DNA of 54,777 nucleotides from a virus (Duplodnaviria; Caudoviricetes): IMG/VR virus record IMGVR_UViG_3300031972_003254, positions 1 to 54,777 of that record; one strand, 5' to 3'. Shown piece by piece: positions 53,146 to 54,777 of this stretch (position 1 is its first letter; each line of letters starts with the position of its first letter). The notes under the pieces were generated by a model. It saw only the letters and a program-made list of their open reading frames with translations, ran no database searches and was not told where the DNA came from. The position numbers and the translations under genes were made by a program.

Positions 53146-53439
53146 TCAGACCTCCGAGCGGACGATCAACGAGGAACCAGCCCCTGCCGCCATGCGGATG
53201 AACGCCCCCCCTTCGACGATGAAGAAGCCCGCCGCCGTGATCGTATCGTATCGGTCGAACCGGGCGTCACGAACCGAGTAGGCGGCAAAGTTGACGCCGT
53301 CGAAAGAGCGCTCAAGCTGGTAAGGCGTTGCCGGCGTGCCGATAACCTGAATTTCGACCTCGCTCGCCTCGATGAAATTCATCGGTGACGTGGGCGTGTC
53401 CCACGTCTTGGGAGTGGAACTTATCGCACTCGCTTCCAT
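53146..53439 (-). CDS. Small beta-rich protein, probable tailspike adaptor
   Basis: YQLERSFDGVNF motif; stop 1 nt from tailspike start. Confidence 0.68.
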   Translation of the reverse strand: MEASAISSTPKTWDTPTSPMNFIEASEVEIQVIGTPATPYQLERSFDGVNFAAYSVRDARFDRYDTITAAGFFIVEGGAFIRMAAGAGSSLIVRSEV

Positions 53440-53468
53440 GGAACCGCCATCCCCGCTGTCTGCAATAT

Positions 53469-53483
53469 TGTCGGTATACGACG
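53469..53483. promoter_or_regulatory. One-mismatch copy of the TGTC-N7-GACA palindrome upstream of tailspike operon
   Basis: Minus strand CGTCGTATACCGACA matches the terL site TGTCGTATACGGACA at 13/15. Confidence 0.6.
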
Positions 53484-53505
53484 AATCGCAGGCGAGGGAA
53501 ACGTC

Positions 53506-54777
53506 CTATCGCGACGCGCGCCTTCCAAGCTCCAGCAAGGCATCGGCTGGCACTGCGCCTTCAAGCAGAAGGTCCGCCCACTCCTGCGCGATCTCACGTC
53601 GGCGTGCATTGAACTGCGCGCGATTGTAGGCGCTTTCCACTTCGTTCTCAGGGATATGGGCCAGCATCAGGTCAATAATGGCACGGTCATCGGGGCGGCG
53701 CGCCACCTGAGCACGCTCATTCATGATCGTCGAGAAGGCTGCGCGCCAACCGTGCGGAACGTGCCGCCCGTGCCACCCTGCCCGATTGTAGAGATACCCT
53801 ATGGCGTTTTCGGACAACGGGGTGTGGGCATGCCGTTGTCCTGGGAAGACAAGCTCTCCTTTGCCGGAAAGCCGTCTGACCGCCTCGAACACCTCTACCG
53901 CCTGCGGCGAAAGAGGAACGACGTGGTCGAACGCTGCCTCATCCTTCCGCTCGAGCGACAGCTTCATACGGGCTGCCGGGATGTGCCAAACCGGCCCACC
54001 CCTTTCGTGCAGCCTGACCTCATCCCAGCGCGCACCGCGAACCACGCCTGGCCGAACAACGGTCAGCGCAAGCAGACGCGAGGCAAGCAAGGTGACGGGA
54101 TAGGCCCCGCCCTCATCTGTCTTGGCCAGCAGCCCGCGCAACTCGGCGAGGTCGACCACTGCCGGCTGCCTGCGCCGTTTGGGAATCGGCTTGAGCGCCT
54201 TCGTCACGATGGCAGCCGGATCGTCGCGGGCGATGCCCTGACTGATCGCATAGACGAAAACCCCGGAGATGCGTTGGCGCAGCCGCTTGGCTGTCTCGAC
54301 TGCACCGCGGCGTTCCACCTTGCGGAGCACATCGAGCAGGAGCGGTGCATCGATCTCCGAAATCGGTAGCGCGCCGATAGATGGGAATATGTCCCGTTCC
54401 AGCGAGTGCAGCACGTCCCTGGTGTGGATTGGCGTCCACCGGTCCGCCTGCAAGTCATGCCACTCGCGCGCGACCGATTCGAAGGTATGCGCCGCCTTCG
54501 ACCTCGCCGTCACTGCAGCCCGCTTCTTTTCGATGGCAGGGTCGCGACCGTCCCGGATCATTGCCCGCGCCGCGTCGCGCCGTTCACGCGCTTCGGCAAG
54601 GGTGACCTCGGGATAGGCGCCGAAGGACAGCAGCTTTTCCTTGCCGGCGTGCCGGTATTTCATGCGCCACAGCTTCGAACCGTTCGGTCGAACCAGCAGG
54701 TGCAGGCCCTTCTCGTCGGCCAGCTTGTAGTCTCGCTCGCCCGGTCCTGCCTTTCGCGCCTTGACGTCCGAGAGCAT
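53506..54777 (-). CDS. int: P4-type tyrosine integrase with arm-binding domain
   Basis: YKLADEKGLHLLVRPNGSKLWRMKYR arm domain; catalytic R (VRPG), HGWR, LAH, AY. Confidence 0.95.
   Translation of the reverse strand: MLSDVKARKAGPGERDYKLADEKGLHLLVRPNGSKLWRMKYRHAGKEKLLSFGAYPEVTLAEARERRDAARAMIRDGRDPAIEKKRAAVTARSKAAHTFESVAREWHDLQADRWTPIHTRDVLHSLERDIFPSIGALPISEIDAPLLLDVLRKVERRGAVETAKRLRQRISGVFVYAISQGIARDDPAAIVTKALKPIPKRRRQPAVVDLAELRGLLAKTDEGGAYPVTLLASRLLALTVVRPGVVRGARWDEVRLHERGGPVWHIPAARMKLSLERKDEAAFDHVVPLSPQAVEVFEAVRRLSGKGELVFPGQRHAHTPLSENAIGYLYNRAGWHGRHVPHGWRAAFSTIMNERAQVARRPDDRAIIDLMLAHIPENEVESAYNRAQFNARRREIAQEWADLLLEGAVPADALLELGRRASR

Larger units (their letters stand above)
62..54777. mobile_element. 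Temperate podovirus-like prophage (N4-gp56-type capsid, DarB-like giant ejection protein); att sites not visible, element probably extends beyond both window edges
   Basis: Integrase, cI/cro, RecT, replication, terminase, portal, capsid, tail, lysis and ejection genes in phage order; no tape measure or sheath gene. Confidence 0.95.

Noticed and set aside
50324-53505. Invertible tail-fibre cassette
   Set aside because: No flanking inverted repeats seen and no invertase gene
1-54777. tRNA, rRNA, att core repeats, excisionase
   Set aside because: None recognised; the window ends at the integrase start codon and at the IS, so att sites probably lie outside

Overview
The window is almost entirely one temperate, podovirus-type prophage in a high-GC host. 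The host is probably an alphaproteobacterium, inferred from protein style and not shown directly. From left to right: an IS256-like end disrupting a Dam-type methyltransferase; a leftward early arm (Dcm remnant, XF1762/Mom-like protein, ACP-like protein, LRR-like repeat protein, RecT, DEDDh exonuclease); the cI/cro switch; and a rightward early arm (YfdP/DUF2303, VRR-NUC, GcrA-like HTH fused to a GP88-like domain, DUF1376 initiator with probable origin). Next come packaging and head genes, with TerL split into two cistrons, a portal and an N4-gp56-type capsid, then tail, lysis and ejection genes ending in a 4321-aa DarB-like polyvalent protein. The right end holds an antirepressor/RHH module, two lower-GC Adhesin-E-like morons, an oppositely oriented esterase tailspike operon and a P4-type integrase. 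Most notable: (1) a moron lipoprotein whose tail resembles the N-terminal motif of the phage's own giant ejection protein, a possible decoy-type superinfection exclusion system; (2) a high-GC3 gene with its own RBS nested in the +1 frame of the giant gene; (3) a TGTC-N7-GACA palindrome at the immunity promoters and upstream of late units, including inside the split terL; (4) an ACP-like gene coupled to a Mom-like gene. All family calls come from motif recognition by eye; no searches were run.
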